Below are positions 8,775 through 18,854 of a DNA stretch of 64,000 nucleotides, one piece after another (the first letter of the stretch is position 1; each line of letters opens with the position of its first letter). The position numbers and the translations under genes are program-made. Source of the stretch: an uncultured Gemmatimonadales bacterium (GTDB taxonomy: Bacteria; Gemmatimonadota; Gemmatimonadetes; Longimicrobiales; RSA9); NCBI GenBank assembly GCA_963741945.1, contig CAVUKA010000005.1:416001-480000 (forward strand). Reading direction: 5' to 3'. A model generated the notes under the pieces. The model was not told the origin of the DNA, ran no database searches, and saw only the letters and a list, made by a program, of their open reading frames with translations.

Positions 8775-11747
8775 TCACGGCGCCATCGTCACTTCGAGCG
8801 ACCGCTCCGCGTCCAGCACGAGCTGAACGGACACGCGCCACCGCTCCCCGACCCTGTGGGCGCCCAGATCGGCCGGCGCGCCGTCCACGCGCGTCTCGGC
8901 GACCCCCGCTCCGGGCAGCTCGGGCGCGAGCACGAGCTGAAGCGGACGCGCGCCGCGCTCCTGAGCGAGCGTGAACCGGTGTGTCGACCCCTGCCGCCGA
9001 TACGTCAGCGTGACACCGGCGTCGCCGACGCTCAGCTGTCGAACGCGGAACCGCTCCCACTCCTTCGGCGGCCGCGGCCGCAGCACCAGCCGTCCCCTGG
9101 TGGCGTCCGGCTCCGCGCCGAGGAGCCCGTACACCAGCGGGCTCACGACCATGGCCGTCGACCAGGCCTGGTCCGGACAGACGCCCCGTGCTTCGGGCTC
9201 GGTGCCGTGCAGCACTTCGTCCCACGCCCCTCGTTCGCGCCAGAACACCTGGTCCACGTTCATGCGCCAGTGCCGGTACGCCGCTTCGGGGCGACCGGCC
9301 GTGTACTCCGCCCAGCTGGTCCACCCCGTGAACAGCGGCCACACCGCGCCGCCATGATAGCTGGCGGGGTTGTACTCGGGGTCGTCACTGGGGAGCATGC
9401 GCACGCCCCAGGGCGCGCTGAAACGGTCGGTCGCCACTTCGTCCAGCCAGCTCCCCATGGCCGCCGGGTCGACCACGCCGAGCAGCAGCGGTACGCCCTG
9501 CATCACGGTCTGCACGGATAGGCGACGCCAGCCGTTGCCTCCTGCGTCGCCACTCCCCCGCCGCACGTTGATCGACCACGTGCCGGTTTCCGGGTCACGG
9601 AACGTCGGCTCGAGCGCCTCGGCCGCCCTCTCCGCCATCCGGCGCAGCCGGCGGGCGTCCTCGGCCTGCCCGATGCCCTCGGCGGCCCGGGCCAGCTCGG
9701 CCGTGGCCCGTGTCCAGATGGCCGCGTTGTAAAAGGTCACATCGCCGCCTCCGAGCCGCCCGAACTCCACCCAGCCGTGCCCTTCGCCCGTGTTCTCGAT
9801 GAGACCGTCTCCGTCCCGGTCCGTGCACGCGCAGTATGCCAGCGCAGCCCGCACCCGCTGCCACTGCGCCTGGAGGAAGCGGATATCGCCGGACCATTCC
9901 AGGTAGCGGGCCATGAGCAGGAGGTAGAGCGGCGAGGCGTCGGCCGCATCGTAATGGACCACCCCGCTGGAGCTGCACTCGTGCAGGATCTTTCCCGAGA
10001 GCGCCTGGTGGTCGCCGAGGAAGGAGAGGACGTCGCGCGCGGCGCCGAAGTCTCCCGTGGCGAGCGACGCCAGGGCGGTCCAGACGGCGTCTCGGCCGAA
10101 ATACCAGGCATAGCCAGGTCGTCCGTGTCCGAACCATCCGTCGTCCGACGCCCAGTAGCCGGCCACCAGGGAACGCCCGATCCCGGGCGTCTCCACGAGA
10201 TAGGATGCGAGCCGCACCTTCGCCCACTCCACGGCCTGCGTGACCAGCGGGTCCGGCGCGTCGAACGACAGCTGCTCCGACAGGAGACGGTCGGTCGCCC
10301 CGCTCCGGGCGAGGACGGCGGTGGCGGCTCGGTTCGCTGCGCGGAGCGACCGATCCAGCTGCGCGGCGGGGGCGGCGGCCATGGCCAGGCGGACGGACTC
10401 CCCGCGTCCCAGCCGGAGCCGGGCCCGTACACGGACGGCCGCCACCTCCTCCGTGCTGGCATCGGTTACCGTCAGCTGCTCCGGCGGGCGGTTGAACGCG
10501 AACGCGGCGGCTTCCCCGGCTCCCGAGCCCACCACGACCCCGCGTGAAGCGCGCCGCCACCGCAGCGGCGAGGATGCCGTGGCGGGGTACGGCCACATGA
10601 GCCGCAGGTCCGATGTCCACTCCACATCAACGGTCACGGGCTCCGCGACGGCGCGCCATTCGACCAGGCAGACGGGCGCGTCCCGCGGCACCGTGATCCG
10701 CTCCAGGATCGGCGCTCCATCCACCCTCAGGCGCCGCTCGAGGCCCAGCGGTGTCACGGTCGCGGTCTCCGCACTGGCGCCCGCCAGCCTCGGACCGCTC
10801 GCCAGCCGCACCGGATGCGCCCAGACCTCGTCCACGCCGCGCGCTTCGCCGCCGGCCGCGAACGCCCTGCGGCCGGCCACGGTGAAGGGGGCATCCCCAT
10901 CCGCGGGGCCGGCGGCCCGGAGCGAATGCTCCAGCGAAGGCAGGTCTTCGTGCAGCAGGGGCAGCTCCGGCATGGGCAGCGAGTGGTCCTCCCGGGCTTC
11001 CACCGGCCGGATGACCCAGACGCGCTCGCGATCCCCCTGTGCTGCCGCACTCCCTGCGGCCCGACGCAGCGCGTTGCTTGCGAGCCGCTGCACGTTCTCC
11101 CGGAAGGCCCCGCCCGCAGCGGCGAACGGGAGATAGGCGCCGATGCAGAGGACCGGACCGGCGTCGCCATCCATTTCCCAGATCGTGGCTCTCCCGGCGT
11201 TCAGGTGGATGTAGCTCCGCTCGACCGCCAGGACCCGGGCGCGGGTCGGCCAGTCCGGCCGCAGGTAGGCCACGCGAGTGAACGCTTCACCCTCCGCGGC
11301 CGACCAGGTGAACGCCCCCGCGCCGAGCCCCTCGAAGAGCGGATGCCCGCGGAAGCTGCCGTGCCCCCTGATCCGCGGGAAGCTGGAGAACGACGGGAAC
11401 AGGTACAGGTCGTCATCCGCGTCATGCCACTCGAGCCGCGCGGAATCCCCGGGCGTCACCGGCTCGAGCCCCACCGCGGCCGGCAATGCGGCGGCGCCGC
11501 CCGTGAGAAGCGCCCTCCCGCGGCGCAGCAGCTCCACCGCCCCACCACCGAGCGCCTCGGCGGCCATCGGCTCCACGCCATGGATCCAGACGACGGCCCC
11601 CGGCGCGGCCTTCGACACCACGGCGTCCAGCCGGGCCACGGCCGCGTCCGTCCCGGACACACCGGCGAGCCAGCTGACGATCCCCTTCGACTCCGCGTGC
11701 TGCGGCGCGTCCGACGCCAGCACCACGCTGGGCAGGGCTCCCCTCAC
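8775..11747 (-). CDS. Six-hairpin glycosidase, amylo-alpha-1,6-glucosidase/glycogen-debranching-like, with extra N-terminal domain
   Basis: GYAWYFGRDAVW, YDAADASPLY and SYHGGAVWP motifs typical of GDE_C-like (alpha/alpha)6 enzymes; GTGA-coupled to the upstream gene. Confidence 0.8.
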   Translation of the reverse strand: MRGALPSVVLASDAPQHAESKGIVSWLAGVSGTDAAVARLDAVVSKAAPGAVVWIHGVEPMAAEALGGGAVELLRRGRALLTGGAAALPAAVGLEPVTPGDSARLEWHDADDDLYLFPSFSSFPRIRGHGSFRGHPLFEGLGAGAFTWSAAEGEAFTRVAYLRPDWPTRARVLAVERSYIHLNAGRATIWEMDGDAGPVLCIGAYLPFAAAGGAFRENVQRLASNALRRAAGSAAAQGDRERVWVIRPVEAREDHSLPMPELPLLHEDLPSLEHSLRAAGPADGDAPFTVAGRRAFAAGGEARGVDEVWAHPVRLASGPRLAGASAETATVTPLGLERRLRVDGAPILERITVPRDAPVCLVEWRAVAEPVTVDVEWTSDLRLMWPYPATASSPLRWRRASRGVVVGSGAGEAAAFAFNRPPEQLTVTDASTEEVAAVRVRARLRLGRGESVRLAMAAAPAAQLDRSLRAANRAATAVLARSGATDRLLSEQLSFDAPDPLVTQAVEWAKVRLASYLVETPGIGRSLVAGYWASDDGWFGHGRPGYAWYFGRDAVWTALASLATGDFGAARDVLSFLGDHQALSGKILHECSSSGVVHYDAADASPLYLLLMARYLEWSGDIRFLQAQWQRVRAALAYCACTDRDGDGLIENTGEGHGWVEFGRLGGGDVTFYNAAIWTRATAELARAAEGIGQAEDARRLRRMAERAAEALEPTFRDPETGTWSINVRRGSGDAGGNGWRRLSVQTVMQGVPLLLGVVDPAAMGSWLDEVATDRFSAPWGVRMLPSDDPEYNPASYHGGAVWPLFTGWTSWAEYTAGRPEAAYRHWRMNVDQVFWRERGAWDEVLHGTEPEARGVCPDQAWSTAMVVSPLVYGLLGAEPDATRGRLVLRPRPPKEWERFRVRQLSVGDAGVTLTYRRQGSTHRFTLAQERGARPLQLVLAPELPGAGVAETRVDGAPADLGAHRVGERWRVSVQLVLDAERSLEVTMAP

Positions 11748-14008
11748 GCCTCCACCTCGATGCGGTCACCCACTCCGCCACTCCCGGCGACGCGTCCATC
11801 CACGGTCACCCGGAAGCGGCCGCCCGTGATGGCCACGCCCACTTCATGGCCACGCCACGGCAGCCGGTCCAGCCGCAGCTCCTCGGGACCGCCCGGGAAC
11901 GGGTCCACGACCGCGCGCTCGCCGGACGGGCGGAACCCGGCGAGGAAGCGGATCACGAGATCGTTGATCCACGAGTGCTGGTAGTCATCGATGCCGCGGT
12001 ACACGGAGGCCCGGCCGGTCACCGGGGAGTAGTGCTCGAAGCAGTTCGGACGCGCCGGGTCGCCATCGAAGCAGAGCATCCGCACATAGCGCTGCAGCAG
12101 CTCCGAAACCCGGACCCGGAGCCCTGGATCGTGGGTGGCGGCGCCCGCCAGCGCCTCCACCACGTGGGAGTTCGTCATGGGCCAGACCCGGCCGTTCCAC
12201 GCGCAGCTCCGGCGAACGCCCCGCCACTCCGCATCGGCGCTGAACGTGGGGTCGTCCGCGGCGGTGCTGGGCACGGGGAACGGCGTCCAGAACGTCGCCG
12301 GATCGAACAGGTTGCGGCGCAGCCCGTCCACGTGTTCCGCGCCGGCGATGTCGGTGCCGTACGGGTAGAAGCAGACGGCCGCCTTCACGCCCGTCCGCCC
12401 CATGGTGCGAGGATCCACGTCGAAGAAGAGGCCGGCGTCGGGGTCCCACATCCTCGCCCGGACGGCGTCCCTGATCCGCTCCGCCACCGCATCGTGCTGC
12501 CCGGCTTCCTCGTCCCGACCGAGCTGGCGGGCGGCCGCGGCCAGCGCGCGCCGCAGCCTGTACGCGTACACCGTGATGTCCACGCCCTTCAGCCGCAGCC
12601 GGAAGTCGAAATGCTGGCGGTCCGCTTCCGCGTCCACGGCCGTGTACCGCCGCATGTATTCCTGTCCGGTCTCGTACGGATCCCGCACGTCGTACAGCCC
12701 CGTGCCTTCACCATCCCGGTCGCCGTCCAGCCAGTCGGCATAGCGATGGAGCGGGCCATAGAGGTCCGCCGCGGGCGCGCCCCCGGGGAGCGCCTCTTCG
12801 AGCGCGGTCAGCGCGCCACCCCAGTCGGCGATGTAGAAGTCGGTGCGGCGGTCGTGGTCCAGGTAGACCCGGCCGGGGAGCGACCCGTCCGCGCGCTGGT
12901 GCTCGAGGAACGTCTGGACGGCGCCACGCGCCCGCCTGGTATCCGGCAGCCAGCGCAGCTCCCGGGCATGACACCAGGCGCTGTAGCTGATCGCGCAGTG
13001 GAAGTAGTCCGTCCCCTCGGCGCACGTGCGGTGGCGGTAGTTGCCGGCGGGATCCAGGAAGTTCAGGCGGAGGCCGTACCACCGGTAGGCGAAGTACCGG
13101 GACAGCCACGGATCCGAGCAGCGGAGGGACGGCGCGCGGTCGAAGAACTCGATCCATTCGTCGCGCGATTCCGCGGCGGCCGACCCGCGTCGCATCTCCG
13201 GTGCACGGGGCGACATGGCGGCGTTGCGCAGCCCCGGCGACGCGGGGCGCACCGTCATCCCGGCCCGCACCCGCCCCACACCCATCCCGTTCAGCACGAT
13301 CCGGGTGGCGAGCCCGATGTACAGGAGCCTCCGGCCGCCTCCTTCCGGGCTCTCCCCGTTCGTCACGCCCCCGATCCCGCCGTCCCCCCCGTCCCACCGG
13401 TCCGCGAACGGGGTCACGCCCCAGCGCGGGACGTTGGGGTAGTCGGGCATCATCTCCGACTCGTGCACGGCCCAGCCGGATGCGCCCTCCAGCTCCAGCG
13501 TACACTCCATCGCCAGCGGCTCGCCCCGGCGCTGGGCATCCTCGGCAAAGCGAGTGAAGCGGATCCCACCGGGGCCGGCCTCCACGCTCGAACGGTCCGG
13601 GACCAGCGTGGTCTCCTGGGCCGTCCACGCCACCACCCACCCGCCCGCGCGCACGCCCGAGAGCACGTCAAGCTCGCTTACGAAGTGGCCGCCCGGGCGC
13701 ACCGACCGCCGCTCCACCACTTCCACTTCGCCGTCACTGTAAATGGCCGCCATCCCGTGGGGCGACCACGCCCGCTCCACCAGCCGGAGCGGCCGCTCGA
13801 GCCCGCCGTCGTCCACCAGTGACATCGTGAACAGCGGGCCCAGCCGGTGCAGGTACACCTGCCCCTCGTCCCAGAAGCCGGGCACGTCCAGCCAGAGCGG
13901 GTGCGGTGGGGCGAAGAGCGTTCCGTCTCCCGCGCCCAGGTAGTGCTTGTCGGATCGGCGCAGCAGGTCCAGGGCCTCTTCACCCGATACCGGTATGTCG
14001 AAGTCCAT
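11744..14008 (-). CDS. GH63/MGH1-like (trehalase-like) six-hairpin glycoside hydrolase
   Basis: ETGQE (ESGxD-like), MWDPDAGLFFD, WNGRVWPMTN, FEHYSPVTG motifs. Confidence 0.8.
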   Translation of the reverse strand: MDFDIPVSGEEALDLLRRSDKHYLGAGDGTLFAPPHPLWLDVPGFWDEGQVYLHRLGPLFTMSLVDDGGLERPLRLVERAWSPHGMAAIYSDGEVEVVERRSVRPGGHFVSELDVLSGVRAGGWVVAWTAQETTLVPDRSSVEAGPGGIRFTRFAEDAQRRGEPLAMECTLELEGASGWAVHESEMMPDYPNVPRWGVTPFADRWDGGDGGIGGVTNGESPEGGGRRLLYIGLATRIVLNGMGVGRVRAGMTVRPASPGLRNAAMSPRAPEMRRGSAAAESRDEWIEFFDRAPSLRCSDPWLSRYFAYRWYGLRLNFLDPAGNYRHRTCAEGTDYFHCAISYSAWCHARELRWLPDTRRARGAVQTFLEHQRADGSLPGRVYLDHDRRTDFYIADWGGALTALEEALPGGAPAADLYGPLHRYADWLDGDRDGEGTGLYDVRDPYETGQEYMRRYTAVDAEADRQHFDFRLRLKGVDITVYAYRLRRALAAAARQLGRDEEAGQHDAVAERIRDAVRARMWDPDAGLFFDVDPRTMGRTGVKAAVCFYPYGTDIAGAEHVDGLRRNLFDPATFWTPFPVPSTAADDPTFSADAEWRGVRRSCAWNGRVWPMTNSHVVEALAGAATHDPGLRVRVSELLQRYVRMLCFDGDPARPNCFEHYSPVTGRASVYRGIDDYQHSWINDLVIRFLAGFRPSGERAVVDPFPGGPEELRLDRLPWRGHEVGVAITGGRFRVTVDGRVAGSGGVGDRIEVEA

Positions 14009-14018
14009 GCTCAGGCGC

Positions 14019-14456
14019 TCATCCGCGGCGCTCGTCGTCCGGTCCGCCTTTCTCGCGCGGCTCGAACGCGAGCGACGCCGAGTTCAGGCAGTAGCGAAGC
14101 CCCGTCGGGCGCGGACCGTCCGGGAAGACATGCCCCAGGTGCGACTCACAGCGCGCACACAGGACTTCGGCTCGCCGCATGCCGTGACTCCGGTCCTCGC
14201 GCGTCTCGATCCGCTCCTCCGCCAGCGGCTGTGAGAAGCTCGGCCAGCCGGTGCCCGATTCGTACTTCGTCTCAGAGCTGAACAGCGGCTCGCCGCACGC
14301 CACGCAGCGGTACGTCCCGGGATCCTTGTTGTCCCAGTACTCCCCCGTGAACGCCCGCTCCGTCCCGCCCTGCCTCGCCACCCGGTACTGCTCGGGCGTC
14401 AGCGACTCCCGCCACTCCGCCTCGCTCTTCCGCACGTTCTCCGGCTGCTCTGACAT
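14019..14456 (-). CDS. msrB: Peptide-methionine (R)-S-oxide reductase
   Basis: GTERAFTG, two CxxC Zn sites, [21 protein letters not shown]. Confidence 0.97.
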   Translation of the reverse strand: MSEQPENVRKSEAEWRESLTPEQYRVARQGGTERAFTGEYWDNKDPGTYRCVACGEPLFSSETKYESGTGWPSFSQPLAEERIETREDRSHGMRRAEVLCARCESHLGHVFPDGPRPTGLRYCLNSASLAFEPREKGGPDDERRG

Positions 14457-14472
14457 CCTGGCCCGCTCCGCG

Positions 14473-14895
14473 TCACTGTCCCTGGATCCACTCCGGCTCC
14501 GCCACGGTCCGCTCCGTCACTTCCGTACCGGTGTTCAGCGTCCCGCGTGGCTCTACCAGCAGCACGTGGCATTCCTCGGGGGCGACGGGGCGGTGCTCCT
14601 CGCCGCGCGGGACCAGCACCATCTCACCCTCCTCCACCCAGACGTCACGGTCCCGGAACTGGAGCAGCAGGCGACCTTTCACCACCAGGAACAGCTCGTC
14701 CTCGTCCGCGTGGCGGTGCCAGTCGAACTCCCCCAGCAGGCGCGCCAGCTTCACGTGCGTGTCGTTCACTTCCGCCGCGATCCTCGGCGACCAGTGACCG
14801 GGAATCCGTGACAGCTCCCGCGCGATGTTGATGGCCTCCCGGGACCGACCGGGGCCCGGTCCCCGCGCGCCCGACTCCCCCTGCGCTCCGGCCAC
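14473..14895 (-). CDS. Cupin domain protein
   Basis: [32 protein letters not shown] cupin motifs; start uncertain (GTG 14895). Confidence 0.85.
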   Translation of the reverse strand: MAGAQGESGARGPGPGRSREAINIARELSRIPGHWSPRIAAEVNDTHVKLARLLGEFDWHRHADEDELFLVVKGRLLLQFRDRDVWVEEGEMVLVPRGEEHRPVAPEECHVLLVEPRGTLNTGTEVTERTVAEPEWIQGQ

Positions 14896-14896
14896 G

Positions 14897-15775
14897 CTAC
14901 GCCTCTGCGGAGCGACGGAGCATGGCTTCCATCTCCCGGTCCAGCGCTTCCGGGTACTCGTGGCCACAATCCCGCCCCACGGCGCGAGCGGCCTTCCGGA
15001 ACAGTGCCACCATGGAGAACAGCGCCTCGCGGCCGCCCGCCAGTGTGGGGCCACCATAGCTCCCGTCCAGCAGGTCGCGATCCGAGGGGTCGAGGAGCCA
15101 GCGCAGGCCGCGGCCGCGCACTCCCACCGCCTGGTCCCACCCCCGTCCGAGCTGGACGTACCACTCGAGCATCGGGATGAGGCAGCGGTAGCGCATGACG
15201 CACTCGGCGCTGTAGCGCGCGGGAAGCAGCTCCCCGCGGGCCAGGTACTTGCCCACGTAATAGCTCTCCCACCAGAACTCATCGACCAGCGCTTCGTACT
15301 CCGCCGCCTGCGGCTGCCGCGGGATGTACGCGCTCCCGGACGGGAGCGGCAGGCGAGCGGCGTCGCCATCCCGGTCCAGCAGCACGCGGTAGCCGTTCCC
15401 GAGCCAGTCGGGGAGGTTCACCTGTTCCGCGATCCGGTGCAGCAGATCCACGCGCGACAGGGTGAAGTCGATCCGGTGCCCGCCCCGGTACTGCACCAGG
15501 CGGGTCGGCACCCGCTCGCCCCGGTGCTCCGTCCACTCCCGCAGGACGATGAGCGGCTTGCCGAAGGTCTCGATCCAGGCGTCCCGTTCCGCGTGCCGCG
15601 CCCCCGGCGACAGGAACAGGACTACGTCATAGTCCGAATGGCTGTCCATCGCCCCCTGCGGTGTGGCTCGCGAGCCCACCAGCAGGGCGGCGCGCACCGA
15701 GGGGTCACCCGCCGCCCACTCCTGCAGCCGCGTCTCCATCTCATCGCTGTATGGCGATTCCCGTGTCACCGTCAC
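14897..15775 (-). CDS. Aminoglycoside 6-adenylyltransferase-like nucleotidyltransferase (AadK/ANT(6) family)
   Basis: VRAALLVGSRA...DSHSDYDVV (GS + DxD), RIDFTL, VLLDRDG, DEFWWE, KYLARGE. GTG 15775 overlaps the upstream stop. Confidence 0.82.
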   Translation of the reverse strand: MTVTRESPYSDEMETRLQEWAAGDPSVRAALLVGSRATPQGAMDSHSDYDVVLFLSPGARHAERDAWIETFGKPLIVLREWTEHRGERVPTRLVQYRGGHRIDFTLSRVDLLHRIAEQVNLPDWLGNGYRVLLDRDGDAARLPLPSGSAYIPRQPQAAEYEALVDEFWWESYYVGKYLARGELLPARYSAECVMRYRCLIPMLEWYVQLGRGWDQAVGVRGRGLRWLLDPSDRDLLDGSYGGPTLAGGREALFSMVALFRKAARAVGRDCGHEYPEALDREMEAMLRRSAEA

Positions 15776-16488
15776 CTCGTCGAATGGGGTTCGAGCGCGT
15801 CCATGACGCGGCTCGCCAGCGCCTCCAGCGCCGCGCGGCGCCCATGGACCACCTGGCGGAAGATCGTCCTCGCCAGGACGTAGCTGCCGCCGAACGCCAC
15901 CAGCGGGACACCGAGCCCGATCACCAGCGAGCCCAGTGTGGCGCCGACGCCCACACCCACACCCAGTCCCACGCCACCGCCGACTCCGCCGACCAGGCCG
16001 CCGAAGAGCCCGCCGGCCAGACCGCCGTAGCGCTCCTCCACGCGCACCAGCGTTCGGCCACCGGACGCGGTTACCATCACCTGGAGCGTCCGGACGCTGC
16101 TCGCGCTCTGGGACTGCCACGTGAGCGACCGTCCCACCAGGCTGCCGTGACCGGGCAGATCCGCCGTCTGCTGGATCACGGCCACCACCGCGCCCAGCGC
16201 TTCCGTCGTGACCTCGAACGGGAGCACACGCTCCGTCCGCACCCTGGTCGGCGCTCCCGCCAGCCGCGCCACCGAGGCGTCCGCCCCGCCGGTGTCCAGC
16301 TCGATGGCGGCCTGCCGGAGGTGCGCCGGATCCAGCCCGACCTCGGCCGCGATCGCTTCCAGCTCCCCGAGCGTCAGGCCGGCCGAGGGAGCCGCGGCCC
16401 CCTCCGTCGCCTGCAGCTCGGCCGCCCGCTCCAGGATGCGGCTGACTTCCCGCTCCCCGTAGCGTCGCACGGCCGGAAGTTCGCTCAT
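15772..16488 (-). CDS. Hypothetical membrane protein with Gly-rich C-terminal hairpin
   Basis: MSELPAVRRYGEREVSRILERAAELQ...GLTLGELEAIAAEVGLD; GGLAGGLFGGLVGGVGGGVG TM region; TATAGT 6 nt before ATG. Confidence 0.8.
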   Translation of the reverse strand: MSELPAVRRYGEREVSRILERAAELQATEGAAAPSAGLTLGELEAIAAEVGLDPAHLRQAAIELDTGGADASVARLAGAPTRVRTERVLPFEVTTEALGAVVAVIQQTADLPGHGSLVGRSLTWQSQSASSVRTLQVMVTASGGRTLVRVEERYGGLAGGLFGGLVGGVGGGVGLGVGVGVGATLGSLVIGLGVPLVAFGGSYVLARTIFRQVVHGRRAALEALASRVMDALEPHSTR

Positions 16489-16570
16489 CCCGGTACTATA
16501 GCCCCGACCCCACACCCCTGCCATGCCGCTCCCCTCCCGCCGCGCCCGAGATTCACTACCTTCCTCATCC

Positions 16571-18412
16571 ATGCGCACCTTGCGAGGGCCGGCACTCGAG
16601 CCGTATGAGCGGCGCACGCTCGCCGCCACCTTCTTCGGCGCAGTGGACCGCTTCGGTCCGGCGCCGGCATTGCGATGGCGGGAGGGCGACGCCTGGCGAG
16701 AGCTGTCCTACCAGGAGGCGGCCGACCACGTGGCCAGGATCGCTGCCTGGCTCCACGGCCGCGGCGTGGGCCCGGGCGACCGCGTGGGCCTGCTGTCCGA
16801 GAACCGGGTCGAATGGACGCTCACGGACTACGCCGTCCTGACGCTCGGTGCGGTCACGGTCCCCGTGTACGCGTCGCTCCCCGCCGACCAGGCCGCCTAC
16901 ATCCTGGGAGATGCGGGCGTGCGCGGGGTGGTGGTGTCCAGCGCGGCGCAGGCGGCGAAGATCCGGAACGCCATGCGCTCGGAGGGGCTCACCGGAGTGG
17001 AGTGGCTGGCGGCCATGGAGCCGGCGGCCGACGCGGTCGCATGGAACGAAGTCATGGGGTCACCCCCGCTCGCCGATCTGCGACGCCTGGCCGCCGCCGT
17101 TCGGCCCCGCGACCTGGCCAGCATCGTGTACAGCTCCGGCACCACCGGCGCGCCCAAGGGCGTCATGCTCACGCACGCCAACCTCGCCTACATGGTCGCC
17201 GCCACGGGCCAGTCCGGCTGCGTGCCGGTCACGCGCGGCGACACCTGCATCTCCATCCTCCCCCTCGCCCACGTGCTGGAGCGCGCCGCTGACTTCTTCT
17301 TCTGGGACGAGGGCGTCACCATCACGTTCGCGCGCGGCGTCGAAACGCTGGCCGAGGACCTCCTCGCCGCGCGGCCCCACGTCATGGTCTCCGTCCCCCG
17401 CCTCTTCGAGAAGCTCCACGACCGCGTGGTGCGCGGGCCGGGGGCCCGGGGACGCCTGGGCCGCTGGGCCCGCGACGTGGCTGCCCGCGTACGGGCGGCG
17501 GAGCGCGAGGGCCGACGGGTCACGGTCGCGGATCGGGCGCGGCTGGCCGTTGCGGACCGCACCGTGTTCGCCACGCTCCGGCGACGCACCGGCGGCCGCC
17601 TGCGCGGGTCCATCTCGGGCGGCGCGCCGCTCTCGGCGGCGGTGGGCGACTTCTTCTTCGCGGCGGGGCTTCCGATCTACGAGGGGTACGGCCTGACGGA
17701 GACTTCGCCCGTGCTCACGGGCAACCACCCGGAGGCCGTACGGATCGGTACGGTGGGACGCCCCTATCCTGGGGTGGAGATCCGCATCGCCGAAAGCGGC
17801 GAGATCCTGGCGAAGAGTCCGGGCGTCATGGTGGGCTACTGGGACGATCCCGACGCGACGGGCGAGGTCATCGATGAGGAAGGGTGGTTTCACACGGGCG
17901 ACGTGGGGGAGATCGATGACGAGGGCTTCCTCCGGATCACCGACCGCCTCAAGGATCTCATCGTGACGGCGGGCGGGAAGAACATCGCGCCGCAGGCGGT
18001 GGAAAACCGAATCACGTCCTCGCCCTACATCGCGCAGGCGGTGATGATCGGAGATCGTCGGGCGTTCCCGGTTCTGCTGGTGGTCCCGGACTGGGAAGCG
18101 CTCTCGCCGTGGGCCGAGCGGCATGGCGTGGACCTGTCGAACCGCGCCGCCGCGACCCGGGACCCGCGGCTCCTCGACCTGTTGCACGATGAGACGGCCG
18201 ACCGCGTCCGGGACCTGGCCCGTTTCGAAACGCCGAAGCGGTTCTCGCTGCTGCCCGATGAGTTCACCGTCGACGCGGGGCTCCTGACGCCCAGCCTGAA
18301 GACCCGCCGGCGGGCCATCGAGCAGGCGTTCCACGAAGCCATCGAACGCCTCTATGCCGAAGTGGGGCACCTGCGCGATGAAGTCATGAACCTGCGCGCC
18401 CGTCGGGATTGA
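16571..18412 (+). CDS. Long-chain fatty acid--CoA ligase (AMP-binding)
   Basis: YSSGTTGAPKG, YEGYGLTET, WFHTGDVG, ITDRLKDLIVTAGGKNIAP, LTPSLK. Confidence 0.93.
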   Translation: MRTLRGPALEPYERRTLAATFFGAVDRFGPAPALRWREGDAWRELSYQEAADHVARIAAWLHGRGVGPGDRVGLLSENRVEWTLTDYAVLTLGAVTVPVYASLPADQAAYILGDAGVRGVVVSSAAQAAKIRNAMRSEGLTGVEWLAAMEPAADAVAWNEVMGSPPLADLRRLAAAVRPRDLASIVYSSGTTGAPKGVMLTHANLAYMVAATGQSGCVPVTRGDTCISILPLAHVLERAADFFFWDEGVTITFARGVETLAEDLLAARPHVMVSVPRLFEKLHDRVVRGPGARGRLGRWARDVAARVRAAEREGRRVTVADRARLAVADRTVFATLRRRTGGRLRGSISGGAPLSAAVGDFFFAAGLPIYEGYGLTETSPVLTGNHPEAVRIGTVGRPYPGVEIRIAESGEILAKSPGVMVGYWDDPDATGEVIDEEGWFHTGDVGEIDDEGFLRITDRLKDLIVTAGGKNIAPQAVENRITSSPYIAQAVMIGDRRAFPVLLVVPDWEALSPWAERHGVDLSNRAAATRDPRLLDLLHDETADRVRDLARFETPKRFSLLPDEFTVDAGLLTPSLKTRRRAIEQAFHEAIERLYAEVGHLRDEVMNLRARRD

Positions 18413-18854
18413 CGGCCGCCGGCCGCGCAGGCCGCCAGACCACCCAGCGGAAGAACAGGAGCAGGAGGGCCACCCCGATCAGGCTCACGCCCACGCTGAA
18501 GCCACCCACCCTCACGCTCACCACCACTTCCAGCGGCACCACCTCGTACCAGTCCGCGGCCCGCCAGCCCACGGCCGGGACCGCCAGCCACGCGGCCAGG
18601 CCGAGCCACCGCCGAACCAGGACGCCCGTGCGGAGCAGGTGGACCAGTGCGCGTACCACGAGCGCCACGAAGATCGCGGTGGACACCAGCCGGGTGACGT
18701 ACGCGCCAGCGCTCGCGCCTTCCACCACCCCCGTCCCGATCCAGGCGCCCAGCTCCTGCAGCCGCTCCACCGCCGCCCCGCCGGCGAACAGCGTGAAGAG
18801 CGTGACCAGCAGGATCACGCGGCGCGAGAGCAGCCCCGCGTCACCCGAGACCAT
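18384..18854 (-). CDS. Hypothetical 4-TM membrane protein
   Basis: Hydrophobic segments; translationally coupled to the upstream ester cyclase gene. Confidence 0.65.
   Translation of the reverse strand: MVSGDAGLLSRRVILLVTLFTLFAGGAAVERLQELGAWIGTGVVEGASAGAYVTRLVSTAIFVALVVRALVHLLRTGVLVRRWLGLAAWLAVPAVGWRAADWYEVVPLEVVVSVRVGGFSVGVSLIGVALLLLFFRWVVWRPARPAAVNPDGRAGS

Noticed and set aside
14019-14456. Selenoprotein MsrB or other stop-codon recoding
   Set aside because: The catalytic residue is an ordinary Cys codon (RYCLNS); I noticed no in-frame TGA read-through candidates.
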